Source of the DNA: the human T2T-CHM13v2.0 reference genome, Homo sapiens
DNA length: 64,000 nucleotides
Direction: 5' to 3' (one strand)
Assembly (NCBI RefSeq): GCF_009914755.1
Contig: NC_060940.1
Shown: positions 1 through 26,735 of the stretch, one piece after another
Layout: the number at the start of each line of letters is the position of its first letter
Position numbering within the stretch: the stretch's first letter is position 1
Program-made: the position numbers and the translations under genes
The notes under the pieces: model-generated
Database searches by the model: none
Told to the model about the DNA's origin: nothing
Seen by the model: the letters and a program-made list of their open reading frames with translations, nothing else

Positions 1-1394
1 TGTTAGGTGGAAGAGGCCCAGTTCCAGAAATGTTCCAGCCCACCCCTGAGAATTCCTCCTGTTTAGTTGTGTGGGAAGCCCTCGTCTTCCAGGCTGTCCT
101 TGCGCCTTGAACCTGGAGAAGTGAGCTCACTGTTCTCAATACTTCACAAATGTAAAACTTTCTTTCGTCTGCATGTGCTCAGCCATCTAAATTGAGCAAA
201 TGATCTGGTGAGCACTGGGTTAGAATCAGGAATGGTGGAATACAATCTGAACCTCTCAGAGCCCAGAACAGAGGGTTCCTGACACTGTGACACTGTCTCC
301 TGGAACTAAGTATCTCTTGAATCATGACTTGGTTTTAGATCAGTCAAGAGAGACCCAGGTTTTGCCAGGAATCGAATCCCTAAATAACATGTTTTTTTCT
401 CACTTAGCTCATGAATTTGCATAGTAGACAGTAGTTCTGAATTAGATTTTGAAAACCTAATTTCAGGGCTCATTTTTTCCTGTGGCCCTAAATCCATTCT
501 ATCAAATTGTGTGATACTGACATGCAGTCATCTGAGGAACTCAGCGTAGATACTTGAGCAGCTCCTCGCCTCTTTTCTAACTCAAGTTTGACTAAAATAC
601 ATACACTCCGTACAGAAGGTAGGGGGTTATGTAAGAAAGGAAAACCTAATCTATGGAATCAGGAGTTGTCACCACCGAGCTTCCTCTGGAAGTCTGCCCA
701 TCAGCTTGCTTGTTCTCTGTTAAGAGGAAGGGCTAGGACAAGGATTTGGGCTTGAATATGTGGAAAGGAATTTTCATAGTTGTTGCTGCAGGACCTACAA
801 AAGTTTAAAATTAGATTGGATGTGACTCAATGACAAGTCCCATCTGTGTAATTGTTAAGGGGACCTGATTGACTCCTGTGGTTTGATTGAGCAACCAGGT
901 AAATAGAGACCTCTCTCCAGCTTTGGCAAAACCCATCAGAGGCTGCTGCAGAACTCAGACAGAGGGATCTGCCCTTGGGTTTGCTTCCATCCTGTTCCAT
1001 TGCTAAGCCCTTGTGACTTGGATCCTAGGACTGAAAAGTTTTTAGCTGCCTCAGCTTTCCCCTGACCTTACTGGCAGAGGTTCTGCAGATGTTTCCTTTG
1101 GAAGATCTCTTGCCAAGAATAGCATTCCTTTGGAGGAGGGGGGTTCTAGTTGGAATGTTGCTTTTCTTGGTTAGTGTAAATGTATTGCTAGTGAGACAGC
1201 TGCCGGCGCTGGAAAAGGCTCGTCTCACAGGGAGAGTGCTGGTCCCCAGAATGTGTGCTGTTCCCACGCTGCTGCCTTTCTTGAGCTTGTTAGAGGAAAG
1301 CCAGAAAGGCATTCAGATGGGATCAGTCTGGCTTTCAAATTTTTTTTAATTCCTAAGTTCTGTTTTATTTTTTAATTTTTTAAAAAAAATTTTA

Positions 1395-1670
1395 TTAGAG
1401 ACAGTCTCTCTCTCTTGCCTAGCTGGGAGTGCAGTGGAGTGATCATAGCTCACTGAGGCTTGAACTCCTGGGCTCGAGCAATCCACCTCAGCCTCCAGAG
1501 TAGGGGAGACTACAGATGTGTGCCACCATACTCAGCTAATTTTTAAACTTTTGTAGAGACAGGGTCTCCCTGTGTTGCCCAGGCTGGCCTCGAACTCCTG
1601 ACCTCAAAAAATCTTCCTGCCTTGGCCTCCCAAAGCACTGGGATTATAGGTGTGAGCCATTGCGCCTGGT
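1395..1670 (-). mobile_element. Alu (old, J-like)
   Basis: Reverse-complement Alu dimer (gagtgcagtgg...caaagcactgggattataggtgtgagcc). Confidence 0.85.
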
Positions 1671-1684
1671 CATAAATTCTTGTT

Positions 1685-1980
1685 TTTTTGTTTGTTTGTT
1701 TATTAGAGATGGAATCTCTCTCTCTTGACCAGGCTAGAGGGCTGTGGTGCGATCTCAGCCCACTGCAACCTCTATCTCCTGAGCTCAAGCGATCCTCCTT
1801 AGCTTCCCAAATAGCTGGAACTACAGGCATGTGCCATCACGTCCAGCTAATTTTTGTATTTTTAGTAGAGAAGGTTTTACCATGTTGGACAGGGTGGTCT
1901 CGAACTCCTGGCCTAAAGTGGTCCACCTAGCTCAGCCTACCAAAGTGCTGTGATTACAGGCGTGAGCCACCATGCCCAGC
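1685..1980 (-). mobile_element. Alu
   Basis: Reverse Alu dimer with (TTTG)n tail. Confidence 0.85.
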
Positions 1981-2312
1981 CTCTAAATTCTGTTTTCTAT
2001 TCAAAGTAAAAATGACATGTGTTTGAGTCATCCACTTGCTCATTTGCATATGGAATATTGTATGTGAATATTTTATTACACCCTTAAAATTAATTTTCAA
2101 GGGCTATATGTAGAGCTCAGAAGAAACATCTCTGCTGCTGAAATCAAACCTGGTCCAAAAAACGTCACAACGGAGGAAAGGAATAGATGGCTCTCGAGGA
2201 CAAGATAGGGACTCTTAAAACACCTGCTTGGCCATGGTTGATTGACATTTGAGTGATCTGGTAGCCCAACACACCCTGTGAAGTTCAGGTGAACTGAAAT
2301 GGGCAGGTGTAG

Positions 2313-2687
<375 letters not shown>

Positions 2688-3129
2688 AGGAGCTGTTTAA
2701 GCCATCAGGAGACATGCTGACCCACTAGAAGAGGCTGCTACGCTCATTTCTTCCACAAACGTTTACTGGGCACCTACCATGAACCACCACCTCCCAGCTC
2801 TGTTCTGCACCCAGAGGTTGGAGGAGAGTTTATAACCAGGCAGTCTCTGTCGCTGTGAGGTTGGTGGTGAGGTGAGTCTGCCAGAGGGCCTGCCACCAGT
2901 TTCAGAAGAGCCTGCAGCCTGCATCTGATTTCCTCAGCCACAACCTTGGGACTTCAGGAAAAATCAGAAGGTCCCAAGTCTGAAAAATGAAGAGGTGGGG
3001 AGTGGGCAGCAGGGGTTTTAGGTCAGGAAATGGTAGGAAACCTGTAGTTGTGGCTCATAATCCTAGTGGGATATTAGAACCCTCTTCATTTGTCAGAACA
3101 GATTCCTGGGGTCTGCTCCCAATTATTCA

Positions 3130-3262
3130 CACGGTGGTTCATGCCTGGTAATCCCAGCACTTTGGGCGGCCAGAGGCAGGCAGATTGCTTGAGCCCAGAA
3201 GTTTAAGACCAGCCTAGGAAACAGACCCCATCTCTACAAAAAATTCAAAAAGCCGGGCGTGA
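3130..3262 (+). mobile_element. Alu left monomer / FLAM
   Basis: taatcccagcactttggg...gaccagcct...ctctacaaaaaa. Confidence 0.7.
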
Positions 3263-3807
3263 AGCCCTGTTTTTTTTTTTTTAAAAAAAGAGTCTGCTGG
3301 TGATGTCTGGGCATGTGTCTGCTTCACAGTCCAGTGTTATGATCAGTAGCTGTGATGGACAATGAACATTGCTGCTTGTTCAAAATGAAGAAAAAAAATA
3401 TCAAAGAAAACCAGGTTTGGAAGTTTCAGATTTGGAAAAGGAGCTGGGCCAGCCCATCTGGAATAGCTGAGGGGCCCTGTTAGCCCCACCCTACCCCACC
3501 CCACCCCCGTATGCAGCATCTCTGGCGGTGCCCAGAGGCAAGCCCCCTTCAGTTTCCCACCTCTCACTCTGCCTTCCAGAGCCTAGTCAAGTTTTAAATT
3601 CCCAGGTCCACTCAGCAGAACTTGCTCCCTTCTCTGACTGCAGTCTCATAATGAAAGGAGAGGTGCTTTCAGTTGGGTCATTTGGTAGCGTTTAGGCTTA
3701 GAAGTTACTAATTTGGAGCCGTGAGTATATGTGTATAAGCTAGTAACACGTGATGGTCAAGGGAAGTACTACCATTTCCTGTGGGTTATTAGGGCCTCCA
3801 GCTGTTA

Positions 3808-4336
<529 letters not shown>

Positions 4337-4697
4337 CCGGTCTCCTGGGGTCATGGTAGCACAAACGCACATGACTGAGTGCTCAGGGGTTCTGAGGCTT
4401 GTCCGCTGACCTGGGGCTCTGGCCCTGGGAGATCTGGGGGACCTGCTGTCCTATATGTGATGCTTTGAAAGAAAGGGGCATCATTCCAAGCCAAGAGGCC
4501 CCAGAGAGGGCACCGTGCGGTGTTCAGGCTTCTGTGAGGCCCCAGTGAGATCCTGTGGCTGTGCCCCCATCACCTCCACCCACTCTGCCCTCCCACTAGC
4601 TGCCCAACGGATGAATCAACGCCTTGGCAGAGTTTTCCAGCAGGGCCTTGCAGAGAGTGTGTGTGACCTGTGTGGCCACTGCCTTGGGGACGGGTGA

Positions 4698-5220
<523 letters not shown>

Positions 5221-5639
5221 TAATAAGGGGTTCCTAAATCCAGGATTCTGTGCTCACATTCAGTGAAACACTACAGACTCCCCTCTTGGATAGTTTGAGG
5301 CTTTGAACACAGCCGTTCTCCTATCCTCCCCCACTGGCCCATCCCTAATGAATCCAAATGCAGTCTAGTAAAATCAGGAAGCCTGCTATGAAAACTTGAC
5401 AGAGATATTGAAGATGCCCCTGCAGTTGCCCACTCTGACCCAGGTGAAGGGAGAATGGCTGTACCTTTGGTGATGGTGCTGAGGGAAAGGACCTCAACTC
5501 CCGTAAGTGCTGGGTCTGAGGCCACGTGTTACACCAGGACAGGTCCTGTGTCCCTCAGGAAAACCTGGCTTTGGGGTCAGACCTCAGTAACCAGCTGGGG
5601 AATCTTAGGTAAGATTCTCTCTCTCTCTCTCTCAATCTC

Positions 5640-6790
<1,151 letters not shown>

Positions 6791-6994
6791 CTTTTAGTTT
6801 TATGAGACGAAGCTTTTGTCTAGGCCGAGTGTTCTGGAGAGGAGCTGGGGTAGTCCCTTAGAACAGTCCAAGCTGCCTGGGAGCCAGGGCCTGGGTTTGG
6901 GGGACTTCTTGTAGTCAACTGGCTGGCGCCCTCAGTCAGAGCAGTCCCCTGGCGGGTCCTCTGGGTTGAAGACTCCCTCCTACTTCACAGTCCA

Positions 6995-7083
6995 AGGCAG
7001 GCGGGGGCCACGTGGCCCTGCCCCGCCCCTGCTGGCTTCGGTTCCTGAGCAGAGCTGCAGTGGCCTGCTTTCCCCGCCCTTCT
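6995..7083 (+). promoter_or_regulatory. IL34: TATA-less GC-box/E-box promoter of the IL34 distal first exon
   Basis: GC boxes GCCCCGCCCC (7020-7029) and CCCCGCCC (7072-7079), and palindromic E-box GGGCCACGTGGCCC (7005-7018), directly upstream of the exon. Confidence 0.65.
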
Positions 7084-7238
7084 CATCAGACGGGAAGCCT
7101 GGACTGTGGGTTGGGGGCAGCCTCAGCCTCTCCAACCTGGCACCCACTGCCCGTGGCCCTTAGGCACCTGCTTGGGGTCCTGGAGCCCCTTAAGGCCACC
7201 AGCAAATCCTAGGAGACCGAGTCTTGGCACGTGAACAG
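7084..7238 (+). other. IL34: IL34 distal non-coding exon 1 (5' UTR)
   Basis: catcagacgggaagcctgg...ggcacgtgaacag matches my recollection of an IL34 mRNA 5' end. It ends in a consensus donor CAG|GTAAGA (GT at 7239-7240). No coding exon is in the window. Confidence 0.75.
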
Positions 7239-7671
7239 GTAAGAAGGCAGCAGGCTTTCTCTCCTATGCCTGGCTTTCCTCTGCCTCTGACGGCCTGGCT
7301 TCCCCACCCCGATTCTGCTGCTGCTTCACTGATCCCAGGAAGAGGGACCTGAGCTAGACTTGACAAAGACAGTCCCAGCCAAGATGCTCTGAAGTATGCC
7401 TCAGAGAAGTATATCTCAGCAGAACTGTCTGCTCTGGGTTTCAATTTTTAACCTTTGCCTTCATCAGCCTTGCAGGAAAAAGCCGATCCACATAACCATA
7501 AAGCAAGTCACTTCTCTGTGTGTGCCCTTCAGAGTTTAGTCAATTGACAAACCTACATTCTCAAATGGTTGGCATGGGCCGTGGGGCGCTGCTCCACTAT
7601 ATATTGCCGTAGGTCTTTGGACCTTAATGTACTGTGTGTGTGGATTATCACTTGCATGTATTACTTTATCA

Positions 7672-7995
<324 letters not shown>

Positions 7996-8106
7996 TTAAG
8001 TTCTTTAAAGGAAAGAGGCAAAAAAGTCAACAGCATAGGTAAGTCTTTCTCATGCAGGTGGGATTTCTGAAATTAAAATGAAGTGTTCTGCTTTTAAACT
8101 TTGCAT

Positions 8107-8440
<334 letters not shown>

Positions 8441-8839
8441 TAGATGTTGTTTTAAGGTCCACGTGGTATTCACCAAGTTAACAGACCCATCCCTGGACGG
8501 GCAGCCTCTGTCCGCTGATGAAGTTGAGTTGCTTCTAGGTGTTTTGCAATGAATAATTCGACTTTTCTGGACAACTCTGTGGAAATAACTTTTTTTTTTT
8601 TTTTGGTATTTGAAGTTATTGTTTTTTTCCCCCTTTTCCTTGGAGTGTATTCTGCATCCAGAATGAATACTCTGGGCCAAGGGCAAGAACATTTTTGAAG
8701 CTCAGCTCACGGTATGTGTGGGGTCAGCTCACTCATGAGAATTACGGGACTAATTTACTAATTTCCAGGGCCATGGTGGCAGAATGGGCTGGGCAGGGGA
8801 TTTGAGATCTCTGGGATTTCTCAGGAAGGGGACAGAGAC

Positions 8840-9215
8840 AGTCTAACGCAGTGGTTAGGAGCTTGGCTTTAGAAGGCTGACTAGTCTGGGTTTGTATGCA
8901 GTAGCTGCCTGACCATGAACTTCCACCACGTAACTTCATTGTGCCTCAGTTAGTTCATGTGTAAAATAGAGGTTATAAAACTTGTTAGGGGCCGGACATG
9001 GTGGCTCATGTCTGTAAGCCTAGCACTTTGGGAGGCTGAGATGGGTGGATTGCTTGAGCCTGGGATTTCGAGACCAGCCTGGGAAACATGGTGAAACCCT
9101 GTCTCTACAAAAACAAAAAACAAAAACAAAAACAAACAAAAACTTTTTAGGGATGTTGGAAGTCAGAGATCCTGTTTGTGAAGCATCTAGCATAAGGTCT
9201 GGTGCTTAACAAGCA
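8840..9215 (+). mobile_element. MIR remnant interrupted by an Alu left monomer (8990-9140)
   Basis: gcagtggttaggagc...gtgcctcagtt...tgtaaaatagag MIR core, plus the Alu monomer. Confidence 0.6.
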
Positions 9216-10289
9216 CCCCTGGAGGCCCCCTCTTCCCCAAGCCTGGGGCTTTAACTAGCCAGGCAAAATTGATAAGGTCAAGTACATCTTCTTGGCCCAG
9301 AGCCTATTCTTACCCAGCTTCATCGTAACTAGAGTGAAAGGCTTCATTGCCTGTTTGAGGATATTTTGACTAGGCCTCTGTCTGTCCCAAGGATGGCAGG
9401 TGGAGCATCAGGCTCAGGCCTCCCTCTGGGGGACCCCCAAGCTTTCATCCCCCTCTGTTGTCACATCTGGATGCCACCATTCTTATCTGTCAGCCACCCT
9501 CCTCGACATGCAGGTTTAAGGGATCCTTGGACAGACTGGAGAGTTTCTGGAACATCTGTGGGTTCACCTGCCCAGCCCCAGCCCGCTGTCACCGGGGTAG
9601 GTTACGCACATGGCTCAGCAGAAGGAGCGTAGGCTCTGGAGCTGGTCGGGCTGGATTCCGGTCCTGGCCACACCACTTTCCACATGTGGGCAGTGACTGG
9701 ACCTCTCCGACCCCCAGTTTCCTCATTTGCAGAATGGATGTGTTAATACCTGTGGCCTAGAATTACGTGAGATCACACAGATAAAGCAGTTGGCCCCAAG
9801 GAGCCCTTACCGTGGAAGTCAAGGCTGCACTCCAGAGCCTTCAGGAAGGTACTGGAATTAGCCATAAAGGACAGGCAGAAAATCCATGTGTTCATTTTCT
9901 CAGACAACAAACACTGATTGGGTTGGCCAGCCCTGGTGCTGGGAAGCAGGGAGAGACATGCACAAGATGCCTCTCTGCTGTTGACACAGGCACACTGCCC
10001 CCTGCTGCAGAAGCAGGAGAGACAATGGCCCAGTCAGCCTGGGTGCTTGGGAAATGGCTCCATGCTTAAGGATGAGGAACAATTGATTAGGCAGAGATTG
10101 GAAGGAAGCTGGCATAGCAGGCCTGGAAGCCGAGTTGAGTTTGGAGAAGGGAGAGATGTTTGGGAGACCTGCAGGGCTGGATGTAGGGAGCGGCGGAGTG
10201 GGAGATGAGATGAGGGGAGGTGGTAGGGATACGATTTTGAAGAACTTCGAAGATCAAGTGAGAATTTGGATTTGATTTCAATGACAAGG

Positions 10290-13929
<3,640 letters not shown>

Positions 13930-14383
13930 TCACAGCTCCTTGCAAGGTGCAACTGAGTCTCCCCCATTTTACAGATGAAGAAATCGAGGTACAGGGAAGT
14001 CTCCCAGCTTGCCCACGGTCACGCAGGCGGGAGGTGGCAGTGATGAGATGTGACCCCAGATGGGCTGTGCCCTGATTCACCTGTGGCGGCCACCTGGTTT
14101 GGTCACCTTGCTGGAGGGCCCCCTGCTTTCCTGCAAGATAATCCAAGATGTTGCGGGCTCATTTGGGGGCTGCCGAGCTAGCCCTGGGGCCCTGCTCCTG
14201 CCTGCGTGAGATGGAGGCCCCTCCCAGAATGCTAGCTAGTGTCAGGGTCAAGTAGGTCAGGGGGATCCAGGGGCTGGGGTTAGTCTTGCAACTCTCAGGG
14301 GTGGTCTCCTTTGGAGTCACTGCCTCCTCCCTAGCCAGGCCCTGGGTGGAGATCAATGCTGGAGGCCCTAGGGTGGCCACTGA

Positions 14384-14757
<374 letters not shown>

Positions 14758-14869
14758 CTGACAGTGCTGAGTTTGAATCCCAGCTCTGCCACCTGCCGCC
14801 TATAGGACCTTGGCAGAGTCACCATGCCTCTCCAGTCCTACTTTCCTAAGCTTAAAATGGGGAAAAATA

Positions 14870-17124
<2,255 letters not shown>

Positions 17125-18609
17125 TAAAAACAAACGAAAAAATAGTAGATCCTTTACAGGGTTCGTGAGGACAGGATGAGGCAACGCATGTGAACTGTGT
17201 TATTAGCCTCAGGTCTGTGGGAATACAAGGCTTTCTGCCTTCGGGGAGGTGTTGCTGGAGAGATGGACAGACCCACCCAGGGGAGGGGCGTCTGTGTCCC
17301 TGTGGAAGTCATTACTCCATTCAGCAGAAGCTGCTCACGGCGGGAGAGGGCTGGGGTTCAGGGAATCCTTCCTGGAGCCGTGATGGGGCCCTGCTTGGGG
17401 GATTCCTAGCATGTGTGGGATGGGCAGATTCCAGACATTGGAAAGTCCCTGGCAGAAAAATCACTCCCACTAAGGGGCAGTTGTAGGGAAGAGATTTGGG
17501 CTCACGCTAGAGAACTCATGATCAGAGATGTCTGCATGAGGAACAGAGGCTGCTTTGTGGATTGGGGAGCTCCCCATTAGCGGAGGCAGGTAAGGAGGTG
17601 CCTGTGCGAGGTGGGGGTGGAGCCAAGGCTGTGTACCTCCGACGCTGTGCACCTCTCTGATGGGACCCAGTCCAGACAAAAATTGTATATAACAAACCCT
17701 TGTAAAGGTGGTGCTCGGGTCAGAGGGAGGGGGCAGCCGGGTGGGAAGGCTTGTCCCAGGTCTAGCCCAATAGTGCGGAAGTAGCTGGTGCTGTTTTCAC
17801 TGGGCCAGGTGCTGTGTTAAGCTGAACAGGCTTGATCTCAAATCCTCACCATAGCCCTGTGCGGTAGGGGCTGTCAACACCTGGGAACCAAGGCTCAGAG
17901 GTTAAGTCACCTGCCCAAGGTTAGCCAGCAGCTGGCGTTGCTGGGATTCGAACCCAGGCAGTCCGGCTTGAGCCCTCCATCCTGGGTGGAAGTCTCCCAA
18001 ACCCGTCCCCCCGCAAGCTGGCCTCTCCCTGCCCCCGCCCCTGGCAGTCAGTTCCTGGGGTCAGGGGTGCCCTGCCACCCCCACAGTACAGATGTAGCTG
18101 CTGTGCCCTCCCCGTCGTCAGTGCGCTGCCCCTCCCTCTGGCTGCCTTCACACTGTCAGCGCTGGCTGCTCTGTGCAGTCAGACCCGGCCCCGGCCCCAG
18201 CCTGCTCGGGTCTCCGGGGTCTCAGGACAGCACTGTGGGGACCATGCCAAGCGAGACTGGGAGAGCCAGGCTCCGTGTCACTCAGTGCCTTCCTTCTCCT
18301 GCCATTCAACGAGACACTCCTAATAACTCTCTTGCAGGCCTCTAAGTCTGTCCCATAGCTGTTGAGCTGATTTTGCCTTTTGTGCAACTGTGTTTTCCAA
18401 CTCAGCTCTCTGGGTGCCAAGACCTTGTCCACATGATTCAATCTGTCCAACTCCAACCTGGCCCCTGATAGGCCATAAATACCATTCCTGATGGCAGTGA
18501 TCCAGTGCCCTCCTTTGTCCCCAGAGCTGAGGCAGGATGACCACCACGCTTATAGCTAGGACAGAGGGTGACTCTGGCAGGGACAGCAGTTTATCCAGAA
18601 TGACCCAGT

Positions 18610-18779
18610 TAGCCGGGCGTGGTGGCACGTACCTGTAGTCCCAGCTACTCAGGAGGCTGAGGTGGGAGGATCGCATGAACCCAGGAGGTCGAGGCTTCAG
18701 TTAGCCATGATCACACCATTGTACTCCAGCCTGAGTAGTGGAGTGAGATCCTGTCTCTTAAAAAAAAAAAAAAAAAAAG
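18610..18779 (+). mobile_element. Alu right monomer
   Basis: ttagccgggcgtggtggc...poly(A). Confidence 0.8.
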
Positions 18780-19801
18780 AATGGCCCTCACCGTCCTCCC
18801 ACCCTGCCCCTGTTAGCTTGCCTGGCAGTCACCTTGTATGGAGGCACAGGGAGCTGTCATTTACCTCTGTGCCAGGCAGGGTGCTCAGCCCTATACAGGC
18901 ACCATCTCCCCGGATTCTTACAGGGCCCAGCTGGTGACGTGCAGCTGATATTCCCATACTGCAGATGAGGAAACTGAGGATCAGAGAGGTTAAGTCATGC
19001 CTAGGAGCCTGGCTTCTCCCTTCCCCCTGCTGTTGCCCTGAGGCTCGGTGCTGGGGCTGGGCTGGGGCCAGGCTGGGGCCAACGGCAGTGGTGTTTGTGC
19101 TCCTTGCTGCTTGGAGGAGCAAAGTGCATTTGATCTTTCTCTTCTCACCACTGTCCTGGGTGGGGGCCCTGGTAGTACTAGGTAGTGATGAAGAAGCTGC
19201 TTAGGGTCTCCTCCAGGGTTCCACAGTGGGAAGGGGCATGGGGGCGGCGGGGAGGTGGTGGTCCTTCTACTCCCCCCACCACCTGCTCCAGGTTCATTCT
19301 TGTCTCTACCATACTGGGTCACTCCATAGCCCTCCTCCTGGCTTCCCAGGCCCCACTAAAGCCATACAATGCATAAAGGCCAGCAGACCTGCTGGCCCGG
19401 CTGAGGCTGGGCTGGGGCCAGGCACTTTCCAGTGTCTTGTCACAGGCAGGAAACCTTTGTTGGATGATGTCACTGGAGCGGGTGCCTCCTGTTCTACTCG
19501 CCCTCGTTCTTCTCCCCAGTGCACCCCACCCTGACCGCCTCCTGAGGTGTAATAGAAGGCCCCTCCTCTCTCTGCCCATGAGAATCAGGTAGCAACATAA
19601 CTTTTGACTCTCATGCTGCTGTGGGTTCTGGGACCCTTAACCCAACCCTGGAAGGTGTGGCTGTAATCCCCAGAGGAGGAAGCTTGGCAGGCTCAGGGTT
19701 CTGAGACTTGAATCCTGGGCTGTCTGCCTGCAAAGCCTATACCAGTTGCTGAATAATTATTTTAAAAATAGCTTTTAAACTTCCTTAAAAAAAATCAGTA
19801 G

Positions 19802-21600
<1,799 letters not shown>

Positions 21601-22009
21601 AATATGTGCATACAGTAAAAACATTCAATAGAGAGAGATTGGTTTATAGTGAAAAGTGGCTTCCTCTACTTCTCATTCCCTAGGCCTCCATTCATCTATC
21701 CAAAGACAGTTACTGATGCCTGGTTCTTATGGGTCCTTCCAAAGATTGTATGTGTATATTCAAGCTCTAATCTAATTCAAGCTCAATATCTAATCCTCAC
21801 AAGAATTCTGCCTGGCAGGTCTTATTATCTCTGAGGGAGGGTCAAGGGCCCAAAGAGGACTTTCTGGGGAGGACTCTCTTCCTCTTCAAGAGCTCAAGCA
21901 GAACACACTGGTCCTGCCAAGATCTAGGGGCAGGGCTGCTACTGCTCAAGGCCAGAGGAAACAGGTTTTGGAAGGGAGGGCTTCTTGCCAAGCCAGTGGG
22001 TACAGATGA

Positions 22010-22805
<796 letters not shown>

Positions 22806-22883
22806 CTCCTCTCTCATTTTGTAGGAACATTCTTCTGGGGAGTAGTCTAACCTTGTTTGGCTGACCTCAGGAGAAATGGGATT

Positions 22884-23524
22884 TGTCTTAGTCTGTTTGG
22901 GCTGCCATAAGAAAATCCGGCTGGGCGTGGTGGCTCATGCCTGTAATCCCAGCACTTTGGGAGGCCGAGACAGATGGATTACTTGAGGTCAAGAGTTCGA
23001 GACCAGCTGGGCCAACATGGTGAAACCCCATTTCTACTAAAAATAAAAAATTAGCTGGGCGTGGTGGTGTGCACCTGTAGTCTCAGCTACTCAGGAGGCT
23101 GAGACAGGAGAATTGCTGGAACTTGGGAGGCAGAGGTTGTAGTGAGCTGAGATTGTGCCACTGCACTCCAGCATGGGCGACACAGCGAGACCCCGTCTCA
23201 AAAAAAAAAAAAAAGAAAGTTGTATAGACTGGGAGGCTTGTAAACAACAGAAGTGTATTGTTCTAGAGCCTGGGAAGACCAAGATCAAGGCGCTGACAGA
23301 TTTGGTGTCTGGTGTGGGCCCTTGTCCTAGGCGGCTGTCTTTTCCCTGTAGCCTCAGAGGCAGGAGGGGTGAGGGATCTCTCTGGGGTCTCTTTTATAAG
23401 GGCACTAAATCCATTCAAAAGGCCCACCATCACGACCTCATCATCTTCCAAAGACTTCACCTTCTAATACCTTCACCTTGAGGTGATGAATTTTGGGGGA
23501 GACACAGATATTCAGACCATAGCA
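22884..23524 (-). mobile_element. MaLR solo LTR (MLT1A/MST-like) interrupted by an Alu (plus, 22919-23214)
   Basis: tgtcttagtctgtttgggctgccataa...aaacaacagaa...attcagaccatagca termini. Confidence 0.7.
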
Positions 23525-25045
23525 GCATTTATTTATGCCAAGACTAAGACTGCCCGGAAAGGTGGCTAGGGCATCTCCAGAGGCACAAAGAGGACCGTGG
23601 TCATGACAGGCTGTGATATGGAGCCAGGGAGCGTGAGTTGCTGCAAAGCAGGCATCTGAGTGGCAGATCTGGGCCAAATCAACTTCTCCCCACGTCTTCC
23701 TCCCAGGCTGGAGGTGACTGTCTTCCACATGGCGTTGGGCACACTGGCATCCCATTTCCCACCACTGCCTCAGAAACTGGAGCCCCTGAAGCCACGCATA
23801 TGCCTCTCTGTACCCGTCCCCCACACCCTGCCAAAAATATTTGTGCCCAGTTGCAGTGGGGGTAGAGCGACTATTGCCTGTGTGTGTCATGCTTATAGTA
23901 ATGGTAGCTTACCACTGACTGCAAATTTCATTCCCTCTTTATTAAAAAAATTGGTTTTTTGTAGAGACAAGGTCTGGCTATGTTGCCCATGCTGGTCTCA
24001 AACTTCTGGTCTCAAGTGATTTCCCTTGGCCTCCCAAAGTGCTGGGATTACAGGCATGAGCCACCGCGACCAGCCTCATTTCCATTTTACAGAGGAGGAT
24101 GGGACTCTGAAGCCAGACCTGTACTTGTACCCATAATACTCCATTGCCTCCACAGGGTCCCAGCACCCAGGGTATAGGCACGCTCAGTAGAGGCCGTCCC
24201 CAGCTCAACCTGTTTGTATGTGGATCACTTGAGCAGCTCAGGTGGGTGCCTGCTGCTTAACCCTCCTAGTGAACTGAGCCCCTTCTCCTCCGTTGTGCTC
24301 TGGGGTAGTTCCCAAGTGACACTGCTTTGGGCCATTACTGACTTCCTTATTTCCTAGGGGCCCATCTCCTAAAGTGAAGTTACCCCCTCACAGAGTTCAG
24401 CCAGTTTTTTAGCTTTTTTTTTTTTTGGAGACAGTGTCTTGCTCTGTTGTCCAGGCTGTAGTCCAGTGGCACGATCATGGCTCCCTGTAGCCTTGAGCTC
24501 CTGGGCTTAAGCGATACTCCTGCCTCAGCCTCCCATGTAGCTGGGACCACTGGCACATGCCACCATGCCTGGCCAAGTATTAATTTTTTCGTAGAGATGG
24601 GGTCTCTCCATGTTGCCCAGGCTGTTATCGAACTCCTGGGCTCAAGTGATCCTTCTGCCTTGGTCTCCCAAAGTGCTAGGGTTAAAAGTGCTGGGGTTAT
24701 AAGTGTGAGCCACTGCCTCTAGCCCAGTTTTTTAGTTCTTGTTACAAATTGCCAAGTAAGGACTAATCCAGAAAGACTGGAGTATTTTGTCAATGAACAT
24801 GTTTCAAACATATGTATCTCTTACAAAATGCAGCTGTTTAATTCCTAAAGGCAGAATGTGTTTTCTTACATGATGATGTACACTCTATACAAATGTAAGC
24901 AGTGTGTTTTTTAGCCCCTGCATCTATTAAATGGTATCCATTTTGTTGTCAAGGAGCTGATTCTTTATATAGCTGTCCCTCTCCAGAATAGGCCAGGAAA
25001 TGCCTGGGTGGCCCAGGCCCTGGAGATGCAGTTCTTTTTTTTTGA

Positions 25046-25213
<168 letters not shown>

Positions 25214-25614
25214 TAGTAGAGACGGGGTTTCGCCATGTTGGCCAGGCTGATCTCAAACTCCTGACCTCAGGTGATCTGCCCTCTTCAGCCTCCCAAAGTG
25301 CTGGTATTACAGGCATAAGGCACCGCGCCTGGTTGAAGGGACAGTTCCTTAAAGGGTCTGAGATGCTTCTCCATCTTGGCATGGCTCAAACCGTCTGCCC
25401 CCCAGAACTTCCTGCCAGGCCCTTCCAGGCACACCATCCTCCATTAGCGACCTCTTAGAGGTCACCTTCCTATATCACAGGACTTGAGGGAATGGTTGGT
25501 GTCCTGGCCTCTAGCTTTTGCCTCCAGTTCACCTTGCATATTAGTATTTCATAAAGTAATGTTTTCCTCAGGCCGCGCCCCTGCTCAAGAACCTGCACTG
25601 CTCCTGGTGCTTCT

Positions 25615-26593
<979 letters not shown>

Positions 26594-26615
26594 AAATTCT
26601 CATGGTGAGATCTAG

Positions 26616-26735
<120 letters not shown>

